The notes under the pieces were generated by a model. That model was not told the origin of the DNA and ran no database searches. It saw nothing but the letters and a program-made list of their open reading frames with translations. A stretch of 63,977 bases of DNA, counting the filler, from an uncultured bacterium (lineage in GTDB: Bacteria > Hinthialibacterota > Hinthialibacteria > Hinthialibacterales > Hinthialibacteraceae): the NCBI GenBank assembly GCA_964449065.1. It is 11 parts of 11 records of this genome, joined end to end, with 100 filler letters (N's around TTAATTAATTAA, not from the genome) between each part and the next. Parts side by side here need not be neighbours in the genome. Positions count along the whole stretch, not along the records: positions 37,067 to 43,042 come from CAYVAZ010000320.1; positions 43,143 to 49,113 come from CAYVAZ010000321.1; positions 49,214 to 55,182 come from CAYVAZ010000322.1; 8 more parts are not named here. One strand, given 5' to 3'. Shown here piece by piece: positions 40,206 to 49,787 of the stretch (position 1 is its first letter; every line of letters starts with the position of its first letter). The position numbers were made by a program, and so were the translations under genes.

Positions 40206-40811
40206 ATGAGAATGAAAAATGCGTTTACATTAATCGAATTGTTAATCGTTGTTGCAATCATTGGCATTTTAGCAGCCATTGCGGTTCCCAACTTCTTGAA
40301 TGCGCAGGTCAAAGCGAAGGTGTCGCGGGCTGTCTCGGATATGCGCAACATTGAAACCGCGCTTGAGATGTACCAACTTGACCAAAACGGCTACCCCATG
40401 GCGCGCTCAAACCCCATCACCGGGCAAACCGGGCAGATTCGGCTTTCCGAACGCTTTTATCCTCTCACAACACCCGTTAGTTACATGAGCACAATCCCTT
40501 CCGACCCCTTCTTCAACGATTTGGCGGAAACCGACCCCGATTTCTTTGATACCTATGATTATTTTGACAATTGGTCTTCAACTGTATTTCATGGTGGTAC
40601 TCCGGGAGACGGCACCCGCGGCTTCAGTTGGCGGCTGGCCAGTTCCGGCCCGGATGGAATTATGTGCTGGGGAGGTCTGAACTGCAATAAAAACGGCCAT
40701 ACCGGCATCGATTACGCCATCACCAACGGCATGATCTCCGACGGCGACATCGTCAAAGTCGGCGGAACCATCGTGAATAGCGATCTGACGGTAACCTATC
40801 CTCTTCAATAA
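40206..40811 (+). CDS. Prepilin-type N-terminal cleavage/methylation protein
   Basis: AFTLIELLIVVAIIGILAAIAVPNFLNAQ; LTTPVSY; TNGMISDGDI. Confidence 0.9.
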   Translation: MRMKNAFTLIELLIVVAIIGILAAIAVPNFLNAQVKAKVSRAVSDMRNIETALEMYQLDQNGYPMARSNPITGQTGQIRLSERFYPLTTPVSYMSTIPSDPFFNDLAETDPDFFDTYDYFDNWSSTVFHGGTPGDGTRGFSWRLASSGPDGIMCWGGLNCNKNGHTGIDYAITNGMISDGDIVKVGGTIVNSDLTVTYPLQ

Positions 40812-41110
40812 TTCTAACGATCTCAATGTTGAGAAATTTCATCTTTAGTTTTTCTTATATAGATGTCTTTGGATTGTTTGGATATTGTTAGCGGGCAGTT
40901 AGATTTCAATAAAATGATTTACTCCCTATTCCAATCGTCAATACTTTCGGTATGATTTCCAACCAGAAGATCAACTCTTAGATGTTTCCCTAAAATTTCA
41001 CGGAATGTTCGTATATTTTTGATAAACATATATGCATAAGTTTTCTGTGTTAACGTAGAATAAAAAAATTAAATTAAATGAATTTTAAAACCAAACGAAA
41101 GGAAGAAACC

Positions 41111-43042
41111 ATGAAAAGACAATTATTTTTCTCTGTAGTTGCAATTGTTTTGTTGTCTGCTGTACCGGCATTGCCGCAAGTTATTTTGTTGCAAGAAGAC
41201 TTTGAAGGGTTGCCGCTCGGTCCGTTTATTAATGAAACCGCGGCCGACCCGGGGACGATTGACCCCAGCCAAGTCTGGACCAATGTTCCTCCTGAAGGGT
41301 GGGAAATTGAAGATGTAACCCCGCTAGGAGGTGTAGCCGATTGGCGTGCGTGGTCGTTTGCAAATCGAAATGCTTGGTCATTCGTTGCCGGAGATCAGCG
41401 CCGTTCTGAATTCACCAAAGGTGTCGGCACGATAGCTGTGGTTGATCCCGATGAGTGGGATGATAGAGAACATGAACCCGGTACTTACAATTCGTTCATG
41501 AATACGCCGCCTATCGATATTTCCAGCGCCCTGGCAAATTCAGTGGAGTTGCAATTCGATTCCAGTTGGAGACCGGAAGACAACCAAGCGGCTCTTTTAA
41601 CGGTCTCGTATGACGGCGGCCCCGAGCAGGATGTTTTCTTTTGGACATCTTTCCCGGATGGCCCGTTCTTTAAAGACGATAACTCCACCAACGAGACGCT
41701 GGTTTTTCCGTTAGAGAACCCGGATGGCGCATCGGAAATGGTTCTAAGCTTCCAAATGCTGGATGCCGGCAACGACTGGTGGTGGGCCATTGATAACATC
41801 TTCGTAACTTCAGAAGGCAATACCTTGTTTGCAGAAGATTTTGAAGGGTTGGAGTTGGGGCCGTTTCAAGATGAGAATCTGCCGGATAACGTAAATGAAA
41901 TTGATCCGGATAAAGTTTGGACTGCAACTCCACCCGGAAACTGGCAGGTGGAATTTGATGGGTTAGAAGGGGGAATAACCGAATGGATGGGTTGGTCCTT
42001 TGCCAACAGCTCCGCTTGGGCGAATGTTGACGACCAACGCCGTTCTGAATTTACCCGCGGCACCGGAACCATTGCCGTTGCCGACCCGGATGAATATGAT
42101 GACGGAGTAGTCAAGATCGACCCGGACCAATACAACACCAACTTAATCTCTCCTCCGATTGATCTTTCCAACTCGGCACCGAACGCATTGGAGGTGACCT
42201 TTGATTCCAGCTGGCGTCCGGAAGATAACCAAAAAGCACGCTTGGTTGCCATATACGATGGAACCCGCAACGATGTTTTTGTTTGGACCTCCGACGCCAA
42301 CAGCCCCGATTTTAAAAATGATGAATCGACGAACGAGACGCTGACATTTGACTTGAACAACCCGGAAGGCGCTTCTGAATTGGTTTTGAGCTTCGAAATG
42401 TTTGATGCTGGAAATGACTGGTGGTGGGCGATTGATAATGTTCGAGTTGTTGACCGCTCGCAAGTCCCACAGCAAGGCCCTGCAAGATTGCCGTTTGTAG
42501 AAGACTTTGAAGGCTTGGTTTTGGGAGACAGCGTGGAAGAAGAAGTGGCGGCCTCTGCGGTATGGACAAAAACGCCTCCCCCAGGCTGGATGATTGACGA
42601 CAGCGGCGTGGTTGGCGCGGATCAAGGCTTGGGCGTGGATGAGTGGATCGGCTGGTCGTTTGCCGATAAAAACTGGTGGGCGCAAACCGCCGGCGATCAG
42701 CAGCGCACCCAGTTCACCAACGGCAGCGGAACCGTGGCGGTTGCCGACCCCGACGAATGGGATGATATCGACAGCCCCGGCGATCAAGGTGTGTTTACAT
42801 CATTCTTAAGTACACCGCAAATTGCGTTAGAAAACGCCGCGCCAAATAGCGTAGTCTTGACCTTTGATTCCAGTTGGAGAGACGAAGATACCCAGGCGGC
42901 AAACATCACCGTTTCCTATGACGGCGGCGCCCCGGTTGAAGTGCTGCGGTGGTCGTCTGACCCCAATAGCCCTAACTTTCACAATGATTTCCCCAACGAA
43001 TCTGTCACTGTCCCGTTGAACAACCCGGCGGGCGCATCCACC
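41111..43042 (+). CDS. Secreted protein with three tandem ~215-aa Trp/Asp-rich beta domains (3'-truncated)
   Basis: Signal peptide; repeats start at EDFEGL (41195, 41834, 42500) and share WSFA, DPDE, FDSSW, NP.GAS, NDWWWAIDN. Confidence 0.85.
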
Positions 43043-43143
43043 NNNNNNNNNNNNNNNNNNNNNNNNNNNNNNNNNNNNNNNNNNNNTTAATTAATTAANN
43101 NNNNNNNNNNNNNNNNNNNNNNNNNNNNNNNNNNNNNNNNNNG

Positions 43144-44181
43144 CAGGGGCGCAACTTCTGCAACAAGATGTGGAATGCCCTGCGCCTTATCAAGGGTACC
43201 AGCTTTGATACCGCGTTTTTTCTCAATACCACGCCAAATTTGTTCACGCATGGAAGTCTGTATGATGATCTGAATTTGCGGTCAATTTGCTGGTTTGTGG
43301 ATAACCCAAAACGGTTTGTGGTTGATGATTCAATGGATTTCCAAAATTGTGATGGTATCGGAGTCTTTGATAAAACGTACATCCCGTATTTAAAAGAACG
43401 GTGCAATCGCCCCGTCATTGAAGTCCGTACTGGATACGGCATTGACCACACCTGCGGGGATCCCTCGCTGGATTTCTCAAATATCGATATCGCATTCGTT
43501 GGCGAGTTGGGAGCCAAGGCCACGCAAACCTTTGAAGAATCTTACAAAATGATCGATCCATCCATCGTCGATCTATCCAACGAAATCTTGTCATTGGTAG
43601 ACTTAAACCAACCTTTTGCGTTGGATGAACTGGTTCCCGGTCCTTTGCAGGAACAATGCGATTTCGAATACCGCGGCAATCCGGTCACCTTCTTCGAGAA
43701 CAAAGCGGCCTATTGGCGGCGCAAGCATTTTTTAAGCGCGATTGCCGGTGAAAAACTCCGCGTCTTTGGTGATGCCGAGTGGGCCAATCCGGCTTGGTCG
43801 GGCAGCGCATCCAACTGCTATGCCGGAAAGCGTCTTGACTATACCGTGGAACTACCCCGATTGTATGCCACTGCTAAAATCAACCTCAATATCTTTCACC
43901 CGCAGTGTGTTTCCGCGCCCAATCCGCGGGTGTATGATGTACTGGCCTGCGGTGGATTTTTGCTTTCCACCCACAATCCGGGCTTGGAAGATGAATTTGT
44001 TATCGGTGAAGACTTGGATGTATTTCATTCACCGGATGAATTACGGGAAAAGATCGAATATTACTTGGCGCGTCCCAAAGTGCGGGAGCGCGTCGCGCAA
44101 AACGGAAAACGCAAAGCCCTGGCGAAATGCGCCTACAGCGACCGCATGACATTGCTTTTCTCGGCATTATGTGCGTCTTAA
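43144..44181 (+). CDS. CgeB-like GT-B glycosyltransferase (5'-truncated)
   Basis: LYATAKINLNI, NPRVYDVLACGGFLLS, EKIEYYL. Confidence 0.8.
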   Translation, partial: QGRNFCNKMWNALRLIKGTSFDTAFFLNTTPNLFTHGSLYDDLNLRSICWFVDNPKRFVVDDSMDFQNCDGIGVFDKTYIPYLKERCNRPVIEVRTGYGIDHTCGDPSLDFSNIDIAFVGELGAKATQTFEESYKMIDPSIVDLSNEILSLVDLNQPFALDELVPGPLQEQCDFEYRGNPVTFFENKAAYWRRKHFLSAIAGEKLRVFGDAEWANPAWSGSASNCYAGKRLDYTVELPRLYATAKINLNIFHPQCVSAPNPRVYDVLACGGFLLSTHNPGLEDEFVIGEDLDVFHSPDELREKIEYYLARPKVRERVAQNGKRKALAKCAYSDRMTLLFSALCAS

Positions 44182-44276
44182 AATCAGGGCGTTGTTTTCT
44201 CACCCCTTATACAAGGGGGTAGGGGGGTGATTAAATAAACCCTCTGGATAATTGAAATATCCTATAGGAGTATGGC

Positions 44277-45158
44277 ATGGCGATTTATGTGGATGAGAAC
44301 ACAAAGGCAATTGTGCAAGGCTTTACTGGAACGGAAGGCAGCTTTCACGCCCAGCAGTGTATCGAATACGGCACCCAAATTGTCGGCGGCGTGACCCCCG
44401 GTAAGGGCGGGCAAAAACATCTCGATCTGCCGGTCTTCAACACGGTTGCCGACGCGCGCGCGGAAACCGGAGCCAACGCGTCCGTCATCTTCGTCCCGCC
44501 TCCCTTCGCGGCCGACGCGATTATGGAAGCCGCCGACGCGGGCATTGAACTCATCTGCTGCATCACCGAAGGCATCCCCGTGCTCGATATGGTGAAAGCC
44601 AAAGAATTCGTCTCCAAACGCCCGAATGTCCGCCTGGTCGGCCCCAACTGCCCCGGCGTGATTTCTCCCGGCAAATGCAAACTGGGCATCATGCCTGGGT
44701 TTGTGCATCTGGAAGGCTGTGTCGGCGTGGTTTCCCGCAGCGGAACGTTAACCTACGAAGCCGTGCAGCAGATTACCGATTCCAAACTCGGCCAATCCAC
44801 CTGCGTCGGCATCGGCGGCGACCCTATCAACGGCACCAACTTTGTCGATGTGCTCAAAGCCTTCAAAGATGATGAGCAAACCAAAGGAGTTGTGATGATC
44901 GGCGAAATCGGCGGCTCGGCCGAAGAAGAAGCTGCGGACTATATCAAGAACGAATTCAAGGAATGCGGCAAACCGGTGGTGGCCTTCATCGCGGGGAAAA
45001 CCGCCCCTCCCGGAAAACGCATGGGCCATGCCGGGGCAATCATCGCGGGCGGCAAAGGCACCGCGGATGAAAAAGAAAAAGCCCTGCGCGACGCCGGAGC
45101 CATCGTCTGCGACAGCCCCGCCGACCTCGGCAGCAACATGATCAAAGCGCTGGGGTGA
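44277..45158 (+). CDS. sucD: Succinyl-CoA ligase alpha subunit
   Basis: [28 protein letters not shown]. Confidence 0.97.
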   Translation: MAIYVDENTKAIVQGFTGTEGSFHAQQCIEYGTQIVGGVTPGKGGQKHLDLPVFNTVADARAETGANASVIFVPPPFAADAIMEAADAGIELICCITEGIPVLDMVKAKEFVSKRPNVRLVGPNCPGVISPGKCKLGIMPGFVHLEGCVGVVSRSGTLTYEAVQQITDSKLGQSTCVGIGGDPINGTNFVDVLKAFKDDEQTKGVVMIGEIGGSAEEEAADYIKNEFKECGKPVVAFIAGKTAPPGKRMGHAGAIIAGGKGTADEKEKALRDAGAIVCDSPADLGSNMIKALG

Positions 45159-45209
45159 AAGAGTGTGTATAGAGTGAGCCGCGGCGTTATGACTCACCGG
45201 ATTATGTAT

Positions 45210-45557
45210 TTACACACGCATTTTTTTTTGCGTGTTTTCTTCTCTAAGAGGATAAGAAACAACATCCTTAACATCCACTTGTTGTTTGGCTTGCCATAGG
45301 TTATAAGATTTTTGTAAATTCAACCAATAGCCAGCGGTCGTATTTGAAAACGCTTTTTCCAACCGGATAGCCATTTCCGGGCTTATCCCTGTACGTTCGT
45401 TAAGAAGGTTGGAAAGGGTTTGTCGTCCTACCCCTAAATCTTTAGCAATTTGTGTGATGGATAGATTTTTGCCTGCATCTATCATGGGCTGAATATAATC
45501 TTCCCGCAATAGTTCACCGGGGTGAGGAGGATCAAACATCAGCATTTCTTTTGGCAT
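45210..45557 (-). CDS. higA: HigA antitoxin
   Basis: PPHPGELLREDY...ISPEMAIRL...WLNLQ. Confidence 0.9.
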   Translation of the reverse strand: MPKEMLMFDPPHPGELLREDYIQPMIDAGKNLSITQIAKDLGVGRQTLSNLLNERTGISPEMAIRLEKAFSNTTAGYWLNLQKSYNLWQAKQQVDVKDVVSYPLREENTQKKMRV

Positions 45558-45569
45558 CTAATTTTCTCC

Positions 45570-45848
45570 TTAATAGGGATCACCATAATCAACGTCATAC
45601 GCATGTCCATCTTCAAATCGGAAAAATACCCGGTAATTTCCACTCACATCCACTGACCAAATCCCTTTCCGCTCTCCTTTATGCTGATGCAGACGGTACC
45701 CCGGAATATTCATCGTTTCAATAATTTCAGCCGCATTCAAATGAGCAAGAATTCGCCGGAGTCGTTTCGCATGTTCCTGTTGAATTCCGGCAGTTGATCC
45801 TGTAGTGAAAAACAGTTTAAGCCCTTTGTGCTTGAACGTTTGAATCAT
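45570..45848 (-). CDS. higB: HigB (RelE-like) toxin
   Basis: FKHKGL...PGYRLH...WSVDVSGNYRVFFRF; upstream of higA. Confidence 0.9.
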   Translation of the reverse strand: MIQTFKHKGLKLFFTTGSTAGIQQEHAKRLRRILAHLNAAEIIETMNIPGYRLHQHKGERKGIWSVDVSGNYRVFFRFEDGHAYDVDYGDPY

Positions 45849-45919
45849 GAATTATTGTATGCTGATACATTCGAAACGGCAATATATTTTGATTAATGCT
45901 TTCAGATATAGACTAATTT

Positions 45920-46171
45920 TCAATTGTTGCTTGTAACAACTTTATGCTGAATATATTTGAAAATGAGATAATCGGTTTGAGGGTATTTGTAAAAGAAAAC
46001 AGGATAGTATCCCTCTTGAATTTCCTTTTCCGTAAGTAATCGGTTGAGTTCTTGATTATCCAAGGTGAAGGGTAACGTTTCTTGTCCATTCAAGAATAAC
46101 CAGACAACACCAAACAACAGCAAAAAACCAACAAGTAGGAATCCGAATAATTTCAGAAAAAATTTCATCAA
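45920..46171 (-). CDS. Small hypothetical membrane-anchored protein, possibly truncated
   Basis: Hydrophobic N-terminus. Confidence 0.4.
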   Translation of the reverse strand: MMKFFLKLFGFLLVGFLLLFGVVWLFLNGQETLPFTLDNQELNRLLTEKEIQEGYYPVFFYKYPQTDYLIFKYIQHKVVTSNN

Positions 46172-46205
46172 ACGCCCTTAAAATGGTTTTTCACAAGGCA
46201 GAGGT

Positions 46206-46406
46206 TCACCCTTCCACATCCAAATCCACAAAGCCGTCCGGGGTCCAGGTGCAGGGGCAAAACTCCATGCGGTAGCGGATTTCATCGCGGATGTTTTCGA
46301 GGGCTTCCTCGCGGGTGGTGCCGGTCGCGTTGCATTCCGGCTCGCCTAGTGATAGGGCATAAAACCCGCCTTGCCCGTCTGGATTGACTCTGACCCGAAA
46401 CTTCAT
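46206..46406 (-). CDS. HicB-like small protein with CPC motif
   Basis: GGFYA...PECNATGTTREEALENIRDEI HicB N-domain pattern. Confidence 0.65.
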   Translation of the reverse strand: MKFRVRVNPDGQGGFYALSLGEPECNATGTTREEALENIRDEIRYRMEFCPCTWTPDGFVDLDVEG

Positions 46407-46499
46407 AAATCATCTCTCTGCGTAGAATTTGCGTTTCCTCCCCCAATGAAATGGGGGAGGTTAGGTGGGGGTTAAATGCTATCCCCCAAAACTCCAAAA

Positions 46500-47915
46500 T
46501 TACTCGGTTTCTATGTTATTCCGAGCCGTCGCACTGCCTCTAGCAACGTTCAATTTTCCTGTTTGCAAGATGTTTCCGCTGATGACATTTGATCCACTGC
46601 GGCTATCCACGCGCACTGTTTCTAACATGGTAGCAGGAGTTTTCCGGTCGACGATGGTACAATCCGATACCCGGCAGCGTTTCGAGTTCTGAATCTCCAC
46701 CCCGCGAAATTTCGGATCCAGAATCTGGCACTGCGATACCGCCACATCCTCGCTGTCATAAATTTCAACCGTGCCGCCCTCTTCTTCCGAACCGTGGAAC
46801 GAGTTTTCAATGATATTGCCGGATATCTGTACACCCTTACTGCGCTTGATGGTGAATCCATCCACCATCTGCTTGCCTCTGTGGTCGGGGTTCCAATCAA
46901 TCGTGTTATCGCCAAGTATGATGTTAGCGCTGTCTTCCACGACCACCGAGCGGTCAGCCGCGCTGTAGATCGTGTTTCCGGTCACCGTCACGCTGCGGCA
47001 ATCCACCAGATGGATATTATCCGTCTGGCTGCCGATTAAATTCCCCGTGATCGACAACAGCCCGGATGTGCGCAATCCTTTGCCGCCCAATACGCGGATA
47101 TTGGCTCCATTGGGGCTGGGGCGCGCCTGGATGGTATTGCTGGCAATCGTCCCCTCACGAAAGGTGCTGCCCTCTTCGCGCGAATCAAACAAAATATCCG
47201 CTGAATTTTCAATCTCATAATCATAATTATATTCGATATCATTTCCGGTAATTTGAAAGTTGCGGATTTCGCCGCCTTCAATATAAATTCCGGCGACCCT
47301 GTTGTAACTGATGTGGCTGTCGGCAATGATGAGTTGATGCAGGTTTACGTGATCAAAATGGACGCCGATATCGAGATTGTGATAAAAATGGCAGTGTGAG
47401 ATGATCAAGTTCCGGTTGCGGTTGACCAAATGTACGGCCTTTTTGCACCGGGTAATAAACACATTCGTCAGCGTAGGCTGCATCACCCGCTCAAAGCGGA
47501 TGCCGATGGATTCCGGATGTTCCCCGCGAATGCCGATCCCGGATATGAGCGGCATGCGTTCGTTTAGCCAAACCTGCTCTTCAAATGAATCCGGCCCGGC
47601 CGTGCCTTCATGTGTGCCGATATAGTGGAACGCGGGGCCGGGGCCGTCTTTAATAATTTCGACCGTACCCGCTCCCATCAACGAGGTATACCCAACCTTT
47701 TGCAGATCAATGGTAACGGTCCCATTAAGCCGGTATGTTCCTTTTGGGAAATACAGATTCCCTTCGCCCGAATCCACCGCGCGCTGCAATGCCTCAGTGA
47801 TATCGGATACCCCGTCTGCAACCACGCCGAATTGATCAACGGATACCGCACCGGCCGGCACCGCGGCAATCGCGCCGGTAGCGAGTGTTGTCCCCATAAA
47901 GGCTCTGCGTCTCAT
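46500..47915 (-). CDS. Tat-exported right-handed beta-helix (pectin-lyase-like) protein
   Basis: MRRRAFMG Tat motif; DG..D.T.ALQRA..FPKGTY; repeated ITGN/ISGN; GGAGG RBS. Confidence 0.85.
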   Translation of the reverse strand: MRRRAFMGTTLATGAIAAVPAGAVSVDQFGVVADGVSDITEALQRAVDSGEGNLYFPKGTYRLNGTVTIDLQKVGYTSLMGAGTVEIIKDGPGPAFHYIGTHEGTAGPDSFEEQVWLNERMPLISGIGIRGEHPESIGIRFERVMQPTLTNVFITRCKKAVHLVNRNRNLIISHCHFYHNLDIGVHFDHVNLHQLIIADSHISYNRVAGIYIEGGEIRNFQITGNDIEYNYDYEIENSADILFDSREEGSTFREGTIASNTIQARPSPNGANIRVLGGKGLRTSGLLSITGNLIGSQTDNIHLVDCRSVTVTGNTIYSAADRSVVVEDSANIILGDNTIDWNPDHRGKQMVDGFTIKRSKGVQISGNIIENSFHGSEEEGGTVEIYDSEDVAVSQCQILDPKFRGVEIQNSKRCRVSDCTIVDRKTPATMLETVRVDSRSGSNVISGNILQTGKLNVARGSATARNNIETE

Positions 47916-48037
47916 ATTGTCCTCCCACAAAGGTACGGATCGTTTTTAGAAGTATGTCCTGATTGAGCGATTGTACAAAACGGGTCATTTGACTCGGCGG
48001 GAGCCTCGCCCTCCCAAAGAAAGCATTTAGAAAGCAT

Positions 48038-48190
48038 TTAGATGTTGAAATAAATAAACACAAACGCGTAAAAGATTGCGGTCAAAATCGCCGCATACAG
48101 CAAGGGAACTTTGTGGAATTCCCACCCATACGATTCATACTGTTCTTGCGGCTGCTCGTTTTGTTTTTCTTGTTGTGTATCGTTCATCAT
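48038..48190 (-). CDS. 50-aa single-TM small protein (below the ORF-track cutoff)
   Basis: AGGGAG RBS; MMNDTQQEKQ...VPLLYAAILTAIFYAFVFIYFNI*. Confidence 0.55.
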   Translation of the reverse strand: MMNDTQQEKQNEQPQEQYESYGWEFHKVPLLYAAILTAIFYAFVFIYFNI

Positions 48191-48214
48191 GCTCTCCCTA
48201 AGGTATTTCTGCTA

Positions 48215-48325
48215 CTAGTAGTCTGTCAATCAAAAAATGACGGCTGGTTATCCGTTGTTCCCCCCCTTGTTAAGGGGGGCTAGGGGGGATCGATACCCGT
48301 CAATAAATCGTTGACACAGTACTAG
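48215..48325 (-). mobile_element. MITE family B, complete
   Basis: CTAG at both ends; TAGTCTGTCAA...TTGACACAGTA; one CTAG overlaps the stop codon of 48322-48939. Confidence 0.8.
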
Positions 48326-48939
48326 ATAGAATAATCAAAACAAGAATTTTTGATAATAGAACCGCCTTCGCCCGCTTGTTGATACTCTTTCATCCTCATA
48401 CGCAAGCATTTGCCGATCACCGGATCATCTGCCGTGGCCCATTCCGCGTCGGTGGTATCATTCATATTGGCGTGTGGTTCGGATAGAAATGTTTGCGGCA
48501 TTCCAATCGAAAACCAGTGCACCAAATAATTCGTTTGGGTTTGCGGATTGATCGCGTAGCCATACGCAAACAACTTGGATTCCCCCAATTTTTGCGGGAT
48601 AAGGGCCTGCGAGTTCACATAACTGGCCACAGCATAGCTCAAATCTTCATTTTCTTCATTTTTTGAGCCATGCGATTCATTGTACACCGGCCCGCCGGGA
48701 AAATCCCAACCTTGCCTTCTATGCTTGACCAGCAAATAACGGTCTCCCAATCCGGCGACACCATACACATATTCCTGTCCCGGCCAGTTTTCCCGCCGCG
48801 ACCAATGCGCCTTTTTGTTGATCTTTACGTCGAACTCAGAGTTTCCTCTGCCCATCCCGGCACAGGAAGCAAATAACTGCGTAATCAACAATCCTGGTGC
48901 TGCCAGCAACAATTGTCTTCGTGAAAAAATCCGAGCCAT
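48322..48939 (-). CDS. Putative Tat lipoprotein with degenerate Nudix-like fold
   Basis: SRRQLL, LFASC lipobox-like; YLLVK...WDFPGG without the REUxEE motif. Confidence 0.55.
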   Translation of the reverse strand: MARIFSRRQLLLAAPGLLITQLFASCAGMGRGNSEFDVKINKKAHWSRRENWPGQEYVYGVAGLGDRYLLVKHRRQGWDFPGGPVYNESHGSKNEENEDLSYAVASYVNSQALIPQKLGESKLFAYGYAINPQTQTNYLVHWFSIGMPQTFLSEPHANMNDTTDAEWATADDPVIGKCLRMRMKEYQQAGEGGSIIKNSCFDYSI

Positions 48940-49021
48940 AATATCTTAATCCATAGTTTATTTTAAGTACGGTTTACGCTTCGATTCGTTATTCCTTAAA
49001 CCAAAAACATTGTGTTACTTA

Positions 49022-49113
49022 CTGATATTCCGCATTCGTTACGATATGCTTGTTATTTTAGTCAATCGCTGAAACGATCGCCCTCGCCCACCGGAAGAGG
49101 GACGGGGTGAGGG
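49022..49113 (-). mobile_element. MITE family A, degenerate right part
   Basis: Reverse complement of 30940-31034 with a decayed TIR CTGATATTCCGCA. Confidence 0.65.
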
Positions 49114-49213
49114 NNNNNNNNNNNNNNNNNNNNNNNNNNNNNNNNNNNNNNNNNNNNTTAATTAATTAANNNNNNNNNNNNNNNNNNNNNNNNNNNNNNN
49201 NNNNNNNNNNNNN

Positions 49214-49421
49214 AGTCAAACGCAGTGTCTATCGTCTTCTCCCATTGGGAGAAGATAAGAGATGAGGGTGAAGAGAGCGATGGCTCCCTATAACGCAGTC
49301 GCGTAATTAAAGGTTTATTCCTCCCGAACCCTCACCCCGTCCCTCTCCCGGTGGGCGAGGGCGATAGATTCAGCGAATGATTAGGAAAACGGGTATATCA
49401 TAATGTAGTGCGTAACGTGAG
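49214..49421 (+). mobile_element. MITE family A, middle to right end
   Basis: Matches 18393-18523 then 30940-31034. Confidence 0.8.
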
Positions 49422-49429
49422 GTACTGAT

Positions 49430-49690
49430 ATGGAAACTTACCGTACTCAAATAACAATCCAAAAAGATGGCGAACTAACCCTTCAAAACTTACCTGTTGA
49501 ATCGGGGCAAGAAGTAGAAGTTGTGCTTTTGATCCCAACGACTTCATCTTCAGGGCGCCCAGGTATGACAGCCAAGAAATTTCTGGAATTCGGATTGGTT
49601 GGAATTTGGAAAGATAGAGAAGACATCACAGACAGTGAAGTATATGCACGACAATTACGCGAAAAAGCCCAAAATCGTCACATGGATTGA
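49430..49690 (+). CDS. VapB-like antitoxin
   Basis: DGELTLQNLP..GQEVEVV ... GLVGIWKDREDI..S..YARQLR; followed by a PIN remnant. Confidence 0.6.
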   Translation: METYRTQITIQKDGELTLQNLPVESGQEVEVVLLIPTTSSSGRPGMTAKKFLEFGLVGIWKDREDITDSEVYARQLREKAQNRHMD

Positions 49691-49697
49691 TTGACGA

Positions 49698-49781
49698 ATG
49701 ATCATTTTGGATAGCGATATCCTTGATATACTGCGGCAATATCTAATTTGCATACCGTTGAACCTTACACCAAATAATTGA
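49698..49781 (+). pseudogene. PIN/VapC toxin N-terminal remnant
   Basis: MIILDSDILDILRQY then early stop. Confidence 0.55.
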
Positions 49782-49787
49782 ATTGAA

